A program made the translations under genes and the position numbers. A stretch of DNA of 64,000 bases from Chloroflexota bacterium (lineage in GTDB: Bacteria; Chloroflexota; Anaerolineae; Anaerolineales; JBFLVL01): assembly GCA_040758495.1 (NCBI GenBank), contig JBFLVL010000001.1:20384-84383 (forward strand), in the 5' to 3' direction. Positions 39,922 to 50,328 of the stretch are shown here, one piece after another (positions within the stretch are counted from its first letter, which is position 1; each line of letters begins with the position of its first letter). The notes under the pieces were generated by a model. That model had not been told where the DNA came from. It saw nothing but the letters and a program-made list of their open reading frames with translations, and did no database searches.

Positions 39922-41065
39922 GTAAACCCTCCCCCTTTGCCTCCAGACCAGCCAAGATACGCCTGGCACGGTCTTCCCAGGTGTAGTTGGAAGCATCTAG
40001 CTTTGCCTGAATAGATAACCTGGCATAGTGCTCTGGATTGGTCATGACATTTCGAAGGGCAGTTGTCCAGGCATCCAGGTCATTGATGGGAAGCAGGATG
40101 GCGTTCTCCGGGTTCAATACCTCGCCCAAAACAGGTAAATTCCCCGCCAGGATGACACGACCGCACGCCAGGTACTCGAACAGTTTCATCGGGCTGAGGT
40201 AACGGGAAATATCCCCTCCAGAAGAGGCCGCCACTCGCTGTTGATAGGGCATGAGCAGCACATCGCAGGCGGCCTGGTAACAGGGTAGCTCCGCATTGGG
40301 GACAAAGCCTGTCAGTGTAAGGTTGGTCAAGCGCATAGCTTCAGCATAAGATTTCAGGCGCTGTACGTCTTCAGGTTCGCCCCCCACAAGCAAGAAATGG
40401 ATGTTGGGGAGGTTCTCTGCCATTTTGAAGATCATCTCTACCCCACGGCCAGCGTAAAGATGCCCACTATATCCCGCGGTAAATGTATCCGGGAGAGAGA
40501 GGGATCGCCGGGCTTGGGAAGAAGGTAGCAGGTTTGTGTAACGGGATAAATCTACCCCATCGGGAGCGACAACGGTAAAGGGTGGGGTATTTGGCGACTC
40601 AAATCTTTGGGTCAGGTCCCCCGACAGGGCGTGCGAAACAGGCACAAGTCGGTATGCGCCGTGCCCTTTCAAGAAACCGCGAAAAAGGCCGGGGGCGAGA
40701 ATCCCCTTGGGAATGTCATGAATCTCATAGATAGTTGGCATCCCTAAAAAACTGCCCAGTGCTGCAGCCTGCAGCAGGCGGGTATAGAGCAGGTCGGCTC
40801 CCCACCCGCGCGCCCAGGTAACCGCACGCAGCCCGTAGTCGTATCGTCGCAATATAGGGTGGGCAGGTAACCACTCAACAGGGAATTGACAGCTCAAGCC
40901 ATAGTGACGAGCCAGCTGATCCCAACTGATATCGGGTTTGGGACCAGGCACAGACACCCTGACGAGGTGACCCAATTCCGTCAAAGCGGCTGCCATTTTC
41001 ATAACCTGGATGGTGTTCGCCCGTCGCGCGGGCAAGTAAGTTGGGGCAACCAGGGCAATGTTCAC
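39914..41065 (-). CDS. family 4 glycosyltransferase (GT-B)
   Basis: MNIALVAPTYLP N-terminus and LFEYLACGRVILAGNLPVLGEVL (E-x7-E region). The GTG start forms a GTGA overlap with the wzx stop. Confidence 0.85.
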   Translation of the reverse strand: MNIALVAPTYLPARRANTIQVMKMAAALTELGHLVRVSVPGPKPDISWDQLARHYGLSCQFPVEWLPAHPILRRYDYGLRAVTWARGWGADLLYTRLLQAAALGSFLGMPTIYEIHDIPKGILAPGLFRGFLKGHGAYRLVPVSHALSGDLTQRFESPNTPPFTVVAPDGVDLSRYTNLLPSSQARRSLSLPDTFTAGYSGHLYAGRGVEMIFKMAENLPNIHFLLVGGEPEDVQRLKSYAEAMRLTNLTLTGFVPNAELPCYQAACDVLLMPYQQRVAASSGGDISRYLSPMKLFEYLACGRVILAGNLPVLGEVLNPENAILLPINDLDAWTTALRNVMTNPEHYARLSIQAKLDASNYTWEDRARRILAGLEAKGEGLHA

Positions 41066-42426
41066 GTGGTTTCATTAAACCTTGAGCGGGTACGAAGGTC
41101 GTGTATCACCCTGATGACAGCAAGACCTACCGTAAACCCATAGTATGCCGAGAGGAGTCCCGCAAAGGTCAGGTAACCAAAATGTGACACCAGCAGGAAA
41201 ATGGCCCCAATCTTCAACACCATCCCCACGAAGTTGACTACCGTGGGGAACACGGGATGGGATAAGGCCAACAAAGCGACTCGGTTCCAGTAAAAAATAT
41301 TAACGAAGGTATAACCAAAGAGCAGGAGGACAAGAGCAGGGTAGGCAGGGAGGTAGCTGGGGTCGTACACCGTGGCTATTACCCAACGACCGAAGAGGAT
41401 AAGGGCGAGGGTAACCGGGACGGAATATGCACCAGAGAGCAACGATCCCTGTCGAAGTACATAACGGACATTCGCCCAGCTTTTTCGGGCAACCTCACGG
41501 GAAAGTTCCGGGTAAGTGGTTATTGGCATGGGGCTTACGGGTAGCTGCAGCAGATTAACCAGAGAAAGCGCCAGCTTGTAATAACCGGCTTCTATCGTCC
41601 CCAGGAATGCCGAGACCCACAACACCTCGCTGTCCTTGGCAACCAGACTGATGGTACCGCTGAAGTTTGTGCTGAAGGCAAAGGTAAGCAGGCTGCGGCG
41701 TTGATCAGCTACACTGCGCAAAGGAGTGCACCACCAATGCCGTCCCCAGACCTTGCTTGCCTGGATCAGAGCCAAAGCCGTCGTCCCTATGACCCCGACA
41801 ATCTTGCCGATCAGGTAAGCGAAAACCACGGATATCAGCCCCCCTTTCGTAATGTAGGCAACCCCGATGATGACCAGAGTAACCGCGCTTTGAAGCGCAA
41901 GGATCACAGACATGGAAAAAAATTTGTCCAATACTTGCAGCAGGCCAGTGGAACTTTCATACATAAAGTTTGCCAGAACAACGCTTCCATAAATCAGGTA
42001 CCAGAGGGTCAAGTTGCTGTCGTGAGAGAAATACCTGGCGCCCAGAGGAGCCAGCAGCCAGATGAGCAGGTAGGCGAAAAGTGAGCTCCCCGTCTCCAAG
42101 AGAGCGGCAAGCTTGAAAGTGGCTGCGGCTTTGTCGCGCTCTCCCAGTTCCTGGTATTGCCCCACATAGCGGATGACAAGCTCACTCATGCGGAAGGAGG
42201 CAAAACGATTGACCGTGCTGGTGAATACAGTGATGGTACCCAGCACACCAAAGCTAGCAGGTCCAAGCAGACGAGCTGCCAATATGCCCTGAACCAGACT
42301 GAACACGGCCGAGATACCGGTAGCGCTGAACAGGTAGCTCGTATTTTTTATGATCCGTCGGATAAGGGGGCTGGTGAAAATACGGTGGAAGAGGTCCCGC
42401 GTCCAGGACATCTTATTGGTAAACAT
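41062..42426 (-). CDS. wzx: oligosaccharide flippase (MOP/PST family, Wzx-like)
   Basis: IKNTSYLFSATGISAVFSLVQGILAARLLGPASFG N-terminal motif, with ~12-14 TM segments. Confidence 0.85.
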   Translation of the reverse strand: MFTNKMSWTRDLFHRIFTSPLIRRIIKNTSYLFSATGISAVFSLVQGILAARLLGPASFGVLGTITVFTSTVNRFASFRMSELVIRYVGQYQELGERDKAAATFKLAALLETGSSLFAYLLIWLLAPLGARYFSHDSNLTLWYLIYGSVVLANFMYESSTGLLQVLDKFFSMSVILALQSAVTLVIIGVAYITKGGLISVVFAYLIGKIVGVIGTTALALIQASKVWGRHWWCTPLRSVADQRRSLLTFAFSTNFSGTISLVAKDSEVLWVSAFLGTIEAGYYKLALSLVNLLQLPVSPMPITTYPELSREVARKSWANVRYVLRQGSLLSGAYSVPVTLALILFGRWVIATVYDPSYLPAYPALVLLLFGYTFVNIFYWNRVALLALSHPVFPTVVNFVGMVLKIGAIFLLVSHFGYLTFAGLLSAYYGFTVGLAVIRVIHDLRTRSRFNETT

Positions 42427-42562
42427 GATTTTTAGGGAAGGTCCAGGTTGGAGGTTTTCATCCTAAGCAGAGAGGGTAAAAGGGGCAGGATTGCCGGGAG
42501 GGTTTTGAGCATGGTCTGCGCCATCGGTTTGATGGCTACTTTTTCGCAATTTATGTGGCCCC

Positions 42563-43540
42563 TTATTCTGTCTTTATTTGGCTTGCCCAGCTACGTTCGG
42601 CGTTGTACCAGTCCACCATTTGGGTGACTCCCTCCTCGAGAGAAACCTGTGGCACCCAACCCAGCAACTGTTTGGCTTTCTCTACGTTTGCCCAGTTGGT
42701 AAAGGCATCTGCGGGGTGACGGGGGAAGTGTACCACCTCGGCCTTTTTACCTACGCGCTGTTCAATCATATGGAGAAGTTCGTTTATGGTGATAATCTCG
42801 TGCCCCCCCAGATTGATGATTTCGTAGCCTAGATTCCTCAAGCCAAGGATGGTGCCTCGGGCGATATCGTCTACATAGGTAAAGCCACGCGATTGGGTTC
42901 CGTCTCCGTTGATCCGAACAGGTTGGCCTTCGGCTGCCCATTGGGTGAAGCGGAACATGACCATATCTGGTCGTCCCGCCGGCCCATAGACGGTGAAATA
43001 TCGGAAGACGGTGATATCCAGATCATATAAAAAATGATAGCTATAGCCCAGTGCTTCAGCGCTCTTTTTACTGGCAGCGTACGGCTGAAGAGGGTGAGAG
43101 CTATCAGCATCCTCGGGTGTTGGCAGGGGAGCATTGGCTCCGTAAACACTGGATGTGGATGCCAGGATGAATTTGGGGATACCACGTTGGCGGCAAAGCT
43201 CAAGCAGGTTAAGGGTACCAATAACGTTTGTGTTCAGGTATACCCATGGGTTTTCTAATGAGGCACGCACTCCAGCACGGGCTGCCAGGTTGAATACTGC
43301 CTCAAACGGTGATCTGGGCATTGCGAGTTGAGAGACAGCCTGACGATCACTCACATCCAGATGGTGGAAGGTGAAACTCGGCATGGTCAGGAGACGCTGC
43401 AAGCGGTGTTCCTTCATGCGTACATCGTAGGCCTCGTTCATGTCGTCCACACCCACTACTTTGTGGCCATCTTCCAGTAATAGTTCCGCCACACGAGCCG
43501 CTATGAAACCAGCGACACCAGTTACCAGGTAACTAGCCAT
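42563..43540 (-). CDS. NAD-dependent epimerase, UDP-glucuronate 4-epimerase-like
   Basis: YLVTGVAGFIA, YAASKKSAE, FRYFTVYGPAGRPDM. The pattern matches UDP-GlcA 4-epimerases and the gene is adjacent to a sugar dehydrogenase. Confidence 0.7.
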   Translation of the reverse strand: MASYLVTGVAGFIAARVAELLLEDGHKVVGVDDMNEAYDVRMKEHRLQRLLTMPSFTFHHLDVSDRQAVSQLAMPRSPFEAVFNLAARAGVRASLENPWVYLNTNVIGTLNLLELCRQRGIPKFILASTSSVYGANAPLPTPEDADSSHPLQPYAASKKSAEALGYSYHFLYDLDITVFRYFTVYGPAGRPDMVMFRFTQWAAEGQPVRINGDGTQSRGFTYVDDIARGTILGLRNLGYEIINLGGHEIITINELLHMIEQRVGKKAEVVHFPRHPADAFTNWANVEKAKQLLGWVPQVSLEEGVTQMVDWYNAERSWASQIKTE

Positions 43541-43626
43541 GCTTTGATCCCTTGGGTTGGTTAAATGCTCCGCCGCAAAGATACATTCTCATGTCATCTC
43601 TGTTCGCAGATAAAGATATAGTGGGG

Positions 43627-44946
43627 TTACAGCTTTACCACCTTTGGGTGGTGTTTCCCTGCCAGGTCAAGGGCGTTGCGAGTGTCCACGATGATATCTG
43701 CTGCTTCCAGTATACCTTCGTAATCATAGGTTTTGTGATCTGTGATAATCACAACGCAGTCGGCGGCCTTTGCTCCGGCGATGTAGTCCACAATGCCGGT
43801 CAGCTCCCAGTCGTCGTGTTTTATTCGCTGGATGAATGGATCGTGATAGCTGACCGAAGCTCTGTGTTGTAACAGCAGACCGATTACGTCCAGGGCAGGG
43901 GATTCGCGCAAATCGTCAATGTTGGGTTTGTAAGCTGCTCCAATCACCAGTATATTACTGCCTTTTAGGGGTTTACCGCGCTCGTTGAGAGCGTGTTGTA
44001 CTTTGGCTACCACATAACGGGGCATGCTGGTGTTTATCTCCGAGGCCAGTTCAATGAAGCGCGCCGTGTAGTTCAAGGAACGCAGCTTCCAGGAGAGGTA
44101 GAGTGGGTCAATAGGAATACAGTGTCCACCGAGACCTGGCCCGGGGGTGAATTTCATGAATCCAAAGGGTTTGGTATTGGCAGCCTCGATCACCTCCCAC
44201 ACGTCAATTTCCAGCCGGTCACACATCATGGCCATCTCGTTGACCAGACCGATGTTAACCATACGGAAGGTGTTCTCCAGCAGTTTGGTCATCTCAGCCA
44301 CCTCGGCAGAGGAGACCATAACCACTTTTTTCAATGCTTGCTCGTACCAGGTTTTCGCCACGTCGGTACAGGTTTCAGTTACACCTCCGACCACCTTAGG
44401 GGTGTTAATGGTGGTCCAATCAGTCCTGCCGGGGTCAACACGTTCAGGCGAAAAAGCCAGGAAGAAATCTTGCCCTACGGTTAACCCACTGCCCTTTGTT
44501 AGTTTAGGAAGCATAAGTTCACGCGTGGTTCCAGGGTAAGTTGTAGACTCCAGTACCACGACCATACTTGGGTGGATGTAGCGCGCCATCTGCTCAGCGA
44601 CCTCAACGATATACGAGAGGTCTGGGTCCCGGGTTTTGCGTAGCGGCGTGGGCACACAAATACTGACCGCATCTATGTTTTTTAATGCCTCAAAGTTTTC
44701 TGTAGCCCGTAGTTTGCCTGCAGCTACCAGCCTAGACACCTGCTCACTGGTCACATCTTGGATATAACTTACGCCTCTGTTGATATCCTGGACTTTGCTT
44801 TCATCCTTATCTATACCAGTAACAGTGAATCCTGCTTCTGCAAAAGCGGTTGCCAGGGGTAGCCCCACGTAACCCAGGCCAATAACGGCTACGAGGGCTG
44901 TATGGTCTTGGAGTTTACGTATGAGGGTTTGATATTCGTTATTCAT
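43627..44946 (-). CDS. nucleotide-sugar 6-dehydrogenase (UDP-GlcNAc/ManNAc dehydrogenase type, WbpA/WecC/TviB-like)
   Basis: VAVIGLGYVGLPLATAFAEAGFTVTGIDKDESKV and catalytic GGHCIPIDP. At 439 aa it is typical of the UDP-N-acetyl-hexosamine dehydrogenase branch. Confidence 0.88.
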   Translation of the reverse strand: MNNEYQTLIRKLQDHTALVAVIGLGYVGLPLATAFAEAGFTVTGIDKDESKVQDINRGVSYIQDVTSEQVSRLVAAGKLRATENFEALKNIDAVSICVPTPLRKTRDPDLSYIVEVAEQMARYIHPSMVVVLESTTYPGTTRELMLPKLTKGSGLTVGQDFFLAFSPERVDPGRTDWTTINTPKVVGGVTETCTDVAKTWYEQALKKVVMVSSAEVAEMTKLLENTFRMVNIGLVNEMAMMCDRLEIDVWEVIEAANTKPFGFMKFTPGPGLGGHCIPIDPLYLSWKLRSLNYTARFIELASEINTSMPRYVVAKVQHALNERGKPLKGSNILVIGAAYKPNIDDLRESPALDVIGLLLQHRASVSYHDPFIQRIKHDDWELTGIVDYIAGAKAADCVVIITDHKTYDYEGILEAADIIVDTRNALDLAGKHHPKVVKL

Positions 44947-45050
44947 GGCTCCTTCTCCCCACTGTACTGCTTATAGTTAGTGGGTGTCTTCAGCATATAA
45001 GTGTTTGGTTGACCAAGATGGTAATGGAGTATCTCAACTTCTATGCCAAC

Positions 45051-45680
45051 TCAGAATAGTTTCAACTGTTTTGGTTCCTGTTCTTCTTCCTGGAAGGCCT
45101 CTTCAACAAACTCTGGCACATCTTCGCTTTTAGCAATAAACTCGGGTAGTTGGGAGAAATCTCGTTCGATTACAGGGCGAAGTGAGGGCTGGTGTAAGCC
45201 AGCCGCGGGGTGATACATGGGCACCACAAGCCGTCCTTTGATTTTCATGGCTTGACCGTGTATGTCGCTTATCTTTGCTCCGGGTATATATCGTCCCATA
45301 GAATATCGCCCTAGAGTGACGATCACCTTTGGGTTGATTGCCTGGATTTGGCGGTCTAAGTATGCCGCGCAAGCGGCTAGTTCTTCTGGATTTGGATCTC
45401 GATTGCTTGGCGGGCGGCATTTTACCACATTGGTGATAAAAACTTGCTCTCGTTTCATACCTATCTCAGCCAACAGTTCTTCCAGGAATCTTCCTGCCGC
45501 TCCGACAAATGGTCGCCCTTGCTCATTTTCATAAAATCCGGGCCCTTCACCGATGAATATGATCTCAGCATCTACTGGACCTTCACCGGGGACACCGTTT
45601 TTACGCGAGTAACGTAATGTGCATTTCTGGCAGGTAGATACTTCGTTGGCTATTTGAGCCAGGACTTCCTTGGGCTCCAT
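45051..45680 (-). CDS. uracil-DNA glycosylase, family 4
   Basis: CQKCTL Fe-S cysteines, GEGPGFYENEQGRPFVGAAG, FITNVVKCRPP, HPAA. Confidence 0.88.
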   Translation of the reverse strand: MEPKEVLAQIANEVSTCQKCTLRYSRKNGVPGEGPVDAEIIFIGEGPGFYENEQGRPFVGAAGRFLEELLAEIGMKREQVFITNVVKCRPPSNRDPNPEELAACAAYLDRQIQAINPKVIVTLGRYSMGRYIPGAKISDIHGQAMKIKGRLVVPMYHPAAGLHQPSLRPVIERDFSQLPEFIAKSEDVPEFVEEAFQEEEQEPKQLKLF

Positions 45681-45756
45681 TTTTTACCTCCTGGATAACG
45701 TGTCTTGGGGACATACTTGGACGAAAAAGGGTTTCCCTTGCTACACAATGAGGTTG

Positions 45757-46284
45757 TCAAATGACATTGTATGTTTGTTCCCATGCGGTCAGGGGAGTGG
45801 TTTCTAGAGAGGTTAGTTGCATGTGAAAAGCATCCTCGTGGTTATCAGGGTAGTAATTTGGACGAATATAGACAACTTCAAAGCCTAAATTTCGGTACAA
45901 AGCCTGAGCAGCCAAGTTGCTGGCGCGTACGTCGAGAGAGACTTTTTGTGCGCCAGTTTTCTGAGCGCTCCTTAGTGCAGTGATCAAAAGGCGGGTACCA
46001 ATCCCCCGAAGACGGTAATCAGGGTGTACAGCTAGTGTGCCAATGTGAGCCTGTTCCTCTACGAGCCAGATCACTACCATTCCGACAACGGTAGGTTTTC
46101 CATTCACGGATTGGGTTTCAGCTACCCATAGACGAGAGTTTGTATCTCCTTGCAGGTCGTATTCGTATGCTCTTCGAGGCCATGGTTTTGAGAATGAAAG
46201 ACAATCAACAGCGTGAACCTGCTCTACATCTGCCAGTTGCATGGGGCGTATATATATAGCAACCTTTAGCCTCTCGGTGGTCAT
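45757..46284 (-). CDS. rimI: ribosomal-protein-alanine N-acetyltransferase (GNAT)
   Basis: GNAT motif A RLRGIGTRLL. Its start forms an ATGA overlap with the tsaB stop, in the classic tsaE-tsaB-rimI arrangement. Confidence 0.8.
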   Translation of the reverse strand: MTTERLKVAIYIRPMQLADVEQVHAVDCLSFSKPWPRRAYEYDLQGDTNSRLWVAETQSVNGKPTVVGMVVIWLVEEQAHIGTLAVHPDYRLRGIGTRLLITALRSAQKTGAQKVSLDVRASNLAAQALYRNLGFEVVYIRPNYYPDNHEDAFHMQLTSLETTPLTAWEQTYNVI

Positions 46285-46949
46285 TCCGGGATCGCCTCCC
46301 CATAGTGCAAGTAGATGGGGATCATTTGTATCAGATCGTCCACCCTGTCTTCTTGCCAGCGTTTCCAGGCCAACTCGGCGAGTACGGAGGGACGACGCAA
46401 GGAGTGAGCAGGGGAAGTAAGGACGACGTTCTTGCGCTTTCGAGCCAGACGTGTGCGCTCAGCCACTCCCAACTCACCGGTAACGATCGTGGGACTTTGG
46501 ATCCGCAGTGCAAGTTTTTCAACAGTAATAATTTCGGGTGAGCGTTTGGTATGCCAGATCCCATCCTTTTCACAGTACCAGCCCGCTGCCAATCGCCGAC
46601 GTCCAGCTTGTAAAACCGCAACCAGAGGCAGGTTGCTAACCGGTTGGGCTGCGGCAGTGATATCCAAGGTCGGTATACCAATCAGGGGCATGTTCAAGCT
46701 AGTAGCAAGACCCTTCGCCAGCGCGAGGCCAAGCCGTAGACCAGTAAATGACCCAGGACCTAGGGCTACAGCCACAGCCTGCACCTCCTTGATGGAAATG
46801 CCTGTCCGAACTAACAGTTCGATTACCGTGGGCGCCAGTTCGACTGTATGATGATTGTGACTATGCCAGATCACTTCAGCACGCACCTGAGCACCATCGT
46901 ACAGAGCCAGGCCCAGAATGCGTGTAGAGGTATCAATCGCCAATAACAT
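46281..46949 (-). CDS. tsaB: tRNA t6A37 biosynthesis protein TsaB
   Basis: MLLAIDTSTRILGLALYDG...GPGSFTGLRLGLALAKGL. The ATG at 46949 shares one nucleotide with the tsaE stop (TGATG). The longer ORF to 47108 overlaps tsaE. Confidence 0.88.
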   Translation of the reverse strand: MLLAIDTSTRILGLALYDGAQVRAEVIWHSHNHHTVELAPTVIELLVRTGISIKEVQAVAVALGPGSFTGLRLGLALAKGLATSLNMPLIGIPTLDITAAAQPVSNLPLVAVLQAGRRRLAAGWYCEKDGIWHTKRSPEIITVEKLALRIQSPTIVTGELGVAERTRLARKRKNVVLTSPAHSLRRPSVLAELAWKRWQEDRVDDLIQMIPIYLHYGEAIPE

Positions 46950-47467
46950 CAGGTGACTCCGTAGAGTTGCTGGCGTAGGAACTGCAACAGGGTTATATAG
47001 TGTTCCGCTCGGGGGATGAAACGCAAGCTGCGGTGCTCCTCGTTCATCCATTCTAAGGTAATCCAGAGATGCTCGGAAGGCAGGATGGCCCGGATATGTT
47101 CCGGCCATTCTACCACCAGCGGTCCGCGATTAAGCATGTTATCCAGGTCAAGGTCCATTGCTTCGGCGGCACTCCTCAAGCGAAAGGCATCCAGGTGGAA
47201 AAGTTCGCCCCCTTCCAGATGACGGTAGACATTAACCAATACAAAGGAGGGGCTGGATACCAGATCCAGGGAACCCCAACCAGAGGCTATTCCCTGCATT
47301 AACGTCGTCTTTCCACTGCCCAATTCTCCGTGCAAACACACGAGGTCTCCCCTCTCCAGGTAAGCGCCCAGACGCATGCCTACGCGACGAGTCTGCGCCG
47401 GACTGCGGCTAAAAAATTCAAAGGTGTTTGCATCTAATATAGGCATGGTAAAAGGATTATAAACCAT
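46949..47467 (-). CDS. tsaE: tRNA t6A37 biosynthesis ATPase TsaE
   Basis: Walker A GELGSGKTTLMQGI and SPSFVLVNVY. An alternative start lies at M8 (47446). Confidence 0.88.
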   Translation of the reverse strand: MVYNPFTMPILDANTFEFFSRSPAQTRRVGMRLGAYLERGDLVCLHGELGSGKTTLMQGIASGWGSLDLVSSPSFVLVNVYRHLEGGELFHLDAFRLRSAAEAMDLDLDNMLNRGPLVVEWPEHIRAILPSEHLWITLEWMNEEHRSLRFIPRAEHYITLLQFLRQQLYGVT

Positions 47468-47599
47468 TCGTCGTAAGGTATGAGGGTGTCAATTTCGCTG
47501 AACAGTATACGGGAGAAAAAGGGGCTCTTGCTCAGGTTTGTGCCCCAGGTTATACTGACTTACAGATTAATTTTCTGCACAACGCAATCGAATGGATTT

Positions 47600-48301
47600 A
47601 TGATCCCTCTTAAAGATACAATCCCTTCCCGCTCTTTCCCGTTGGTCACCTGGGCATTGATCGGCTTAAATATGCTGGTCTTTATGTTTGAAATCAGCCT
47701 ATCCCCCCAATTGCTGGATCGTTTGTTTCATATCTTTGGCCTGGTTCCCGCCCGGTTATTCAGCGGAGAGTTGCTTTCTTGGGTTCCGCTTTTCACCGGT
47801 ATGTTCTTGCACGGTGGCTGGTTTCACATTATTAGTAACATGTGGATACTTTTCATTTTTGGGGACAACGTAGAAGATCGAATGGGTTCTGGGCGTTATT
47901 TACTTTTTTACCTTCTCAGCGGGTTAATAGCCGGACTGTTGCAAACCTTGATATTACCAGGGAGTAATCTGCCAATTGTCGGCGCCAGCGGCGCCATAGC
48001 TGGTGTGTTGGGCGCTTATATGCTGCTCTTTCCATCTGCCCGGGTGGTCACCCTTGTGCCGGGTTTCTTTTTACCCTGGTTTGTGGAAATATCGGCGGTC
48101 TTCTTCTTGGGCTTCTGGTTTATTGCCCAGTTGTTTTCTGGTTTGTTCTCATTGACTCTTCCCGGTGGAGCCAGCATGGGAGGTGTGGCCTGGTGGGCAC
48201 ATATCGGCGGTTTTGTTTTTGGGTTACTTGGAGGGAGGCGTTTCGCGCCCCCCAAACCAGATACCTATCCATGGCCCCCTGACGAACACTGGCCACGGTA
48301 G
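47600..48301 (+). CDS. rhomboid family intramembrane serine protease
   Basis: HGGWFHIISNM, catalytic GASGAIAGVLGAY and a downstream AHIGGF histidine. The ATG at 47600 (MIPLKDTIPS) matches typical short rhomboid N-termini. The ORF track starts at 47480. Confidence 0.85.
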   Translation: MIPLKDTIPSRSFPLVTWALIGLNMLVFMFEISLSPQLLDRLFHIFGLVPARLFSGELLSWVPLFTGMFLHGGWFHIISNMWILFIFGDNVEDRMGSGRYLLFYLLSGLIAGLLQTLILPGSNLPIVGASGAIAGVLGAYMLLFPSARVVTLVPGFFLPWFVEISAVFFLGFWFIAQLFSGLFSLTLPGGASMGGVAWWAHIGGFVFGLLGGRRFAPPKPDTYPWPPDEHWPR

Positions 48302-48438
48302 TATGGTGAAACAGTATGTGCCAAGGGATCCATTTTGAAAGACAAGCACTTTGCATCGCATGAGGATATGAAACGTATAGGTAGCGTTGGACTCTCTTTG
48401 AAATACTAAATGACCATCACGGATATTTGGAGGTAGTT

Positions 48439-49095
48439 ATGAATAACTCAGAAAAACTCTTGGAAGAGGGGACGGGGCAGGCAGATGAGAGCGACACTCT
48501 GGCCAAAGATACCCGAGATACACAGATTAAACCAACCAGATTTCCCCGCTTGAAAAGAGGGGTTGCCCTCGTCCTTCGTTGGACACTCAGATTTCTTGTT
48601 GTGTTCGGTTTAGGCGTGGCAACCGTTATTTTGGCTTTGTACTATCCCGCGCGCAGGCAGCTTATTCTGGCTAACCAACAGGCGAGCAATTTAGAAGCTC
48701 AACTAGCCCAGGTTTCTGAGCAGTTGTCGGTGAGCCAGGCACGCACAAATAGTCTGGAAGCAGATGTAGAGTCCCTGCAAGAGGAGTTGAACACATCGGA
48801 TTTGCACGTCACCCTGCTCTCTGCGCTTTCAGACATCATAAGAGCACGGCTGGCATTGTCAATCAACGACTTTGCTTCTGCGCGCGTTTATCTCGCCAGC
48901 ACCCCTGATCTATTGGAAAAGCTTGCCCTCTCTATGGGAGATGAATATCTCGACGTTTTGAGCGCCATGCAGGTGAGGCTGGCGCAAGTATTGGAAGAAA
49001 TTGAATCGGATACCTTCGCAGCCAGATCCGACTTGGATGTTTTAGCCAATAATTTGATCCAATTAGAGGTGGAATGCTTCCTTACCAACAGGTAA
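48439..49095 (+). CDS. hypothetical single-pass membrane protein with coiled-coil ectodomain
   Basis: A basic N-terminus, one TM segment (FLVVFGLGVATVILALYY), then heptad-like segments (LEAQLAQVSEQLSVSQARTNSLEADVESLQEEL). The ATG at 48439 has GGAGG 6 nt upstream. Confidence 0.5.
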   Translation: MNNSEKLLEEGTGQADESDTLAKDTRDTQIKPTRFPRLKRGVALVLRWTLRFLVVFGLGVATVILALYYPARRQLILANQQASNLEAQLAQVSEQLSVSQARTNSLEADVESLQEELNTSDLHVTLLSALSDIIRARLALSINDFASARVYLASTPDLLEKLALSMGDEYLDVLSAMQVRLAQVLEEIESDTFAARSDLDVLANNLIQLEVECFLTNR

Positions 49096-49111
49096 CAGGG
49101 ATAAAAACACA

Positions 49112-49141
49112 GGGCGGGTGCTAGAAAGCCCCGCCCTTTTT
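49112..49141. terminator. bidirectional rho-independent terminator
   Basis: GGGCGGG-11 nt loop-CCCGCCC, followed by TTTTT on the plus strand and preceded by AAAAA (a U-tract for the minus-strand operon). It sits between convergent genes. Confidence 0.7.
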
Positions 49142-49197
49142 ACCCCTTGCCCCTGCTTTAAGCTGATATTTTTTTACTGGATAACGTTATTAAAAAT

Positions 49198-50298
49198 TTA
49201 GTATCTCAAGAGAGCGCCGATGTTGCCAGCCTTTTCCAGTTCAGGGGATTGCTGAAGCACTTCGACATCTCCACCGTTATGTAATACTTTCCGTACCGCC
49301 AGCTCCACAGCATCCGTGATGCGCCCAAATGTGTTACCACAGAAGGGGCAAGTGCTGATCTCCTGGATGGTCAGGTAACTACAGCCTCGACAGCGGAACC
49401 CGGGGGCATGAAAGCCCTCGCAGATCAACAAGGTCTGCACCCTTCCTTCGTGTACAGCACTAAGTGTATCGTCTAACCGTACAACACCTCCGCGCCCCTT
49501 GGCTGCGCCTGTAATCACCGACTTGACCAGTTGAGCTTCACGCCGTTTTTCGGCTTCTGCCCCAACCTTCATTGCACGCTCCAGTACCTCTTTGTGGCTG
49601 GCATTCGTATTTATGGGGAAGTCACCTACAATCAGGCTCTGCCATGACTTGGGCAACAGGCTGCGGAACAAAGCCACGTTATCATCTGTGCCTCCGATCA
49701 AAACCCGCCGTACACGATGTACCTGGAAAAACTCTGCTGCCAGGTCAGCAGCTTCCTTCATGTTCCGTTCTGTAACTTCCTCCGTGTAGCGAGTCTGGCC
49801 AGCAGTGCCCCCGCGACGACCAGGTGCTTGTGAACCTCCACCGCGCTTGGTACGGCGGACACTTTCGCCATTGAAGCTTTCTTGCTCCCGAAGTTCTCCC
49901 AAGTGGAAATAGAAAAAACGCGCCCCCTGTTTATCCACCAATACAACACCGTATCCGCCATAAGCATCCAAGGCGTCCGCCAGTGGTTTGACGTGTGGGC
50001 GTTTCCCCACCTGCACCTGGCTACGTATAGGAACCGCGAGGGGATAAGGACGGAAGTAATGATCAGTTGCGCAGGAAAACAGGGCAACACTTTGTCCGCT
50101 CCAGTTAAACTCATGGTCAAAAAACCGCTCAATTACCTGCACATCTTTGCGGGTTTCAATATCCTTGAGTAGACTCCGTAGATGTAAGCGGTGCACTTCC
50201 GCGCTCCCCTCTGCTGGGTCTATGTTCAAGTACAGGCTGACAACCGTCTTATCAGGGGAATAGGCCAATAGTTCTTGCATGTCGTGTTCAGTTATCAT
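49198..50298 (-). CDS. eRF1/Pelota-fold protein of the bacterial baeRF / Vms1-like peptidyl-tRNA hydrolase type, with a zinc-ribbon insert
   Basis: Gly-rich Q loops (KRGGGSQAPGRRGGTAGQ), an eRF1-domain-3-like C-terminus ending GNIGALLRY and a CRGC...CPFC ribbon. AAGGAG Shine-Dalgarno sequence upstream. Confidence 0.65.
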   Translation of the reverse strand: MITEHDMQELLAYSPDKTVVSLYLNIDPAEGSAEVHRLHLRSLLKDIETRKDVQVIERFFDHEFNWSGQSVALFSCATDHYFRPYPLAVPIRSQVQVGKRPHVKPLADALDAYGGYGVVLVDKQGARFFYFHLGELREQESFNGESVRRTKRGGGSQAPGRRGGTAGQTRYTEEVTERNMKEAADLAAEFFQVHRVRRVLIGGTDDNVALFRSLLPKSWQSLIVGDFPINTNASHKEVLERAMKVGAEAEKRREAQLVKSVITGAAKGRGGVVRLDDTLSAVHEGRVQTLLICEGFHAPGFRCRGCSYLTIQEISTCPFCGNTFGRITDAVELAVRKVLHNGGDVEVLQQSPELEKAGNIGALLRY

Positions 50299-50328
50299 AA
50301 CAAGGCTCCTTTGCTTACGGAAGAATGC

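Noticed and set aside
46950-47108. N-terminal extensions in the longest-ORF track (also 62101..62202 for dnaN, 19581..19640, 23721..23816, 36334..36423 and 47480..47599)
   Set aside because: The extensions overlap upstream genes or lack the family N-terminal motifs. Downstream in-frame starts give canonical N-termini, Shine-Dalgarno sequences or ATGA coupling.
45757-47467. tsaE-tsaB-rimI block considered as something unusual
   Set aside because: This is the ordinary, widely conserved t6A operon arrangement. The absence of tsaD from the block is common.
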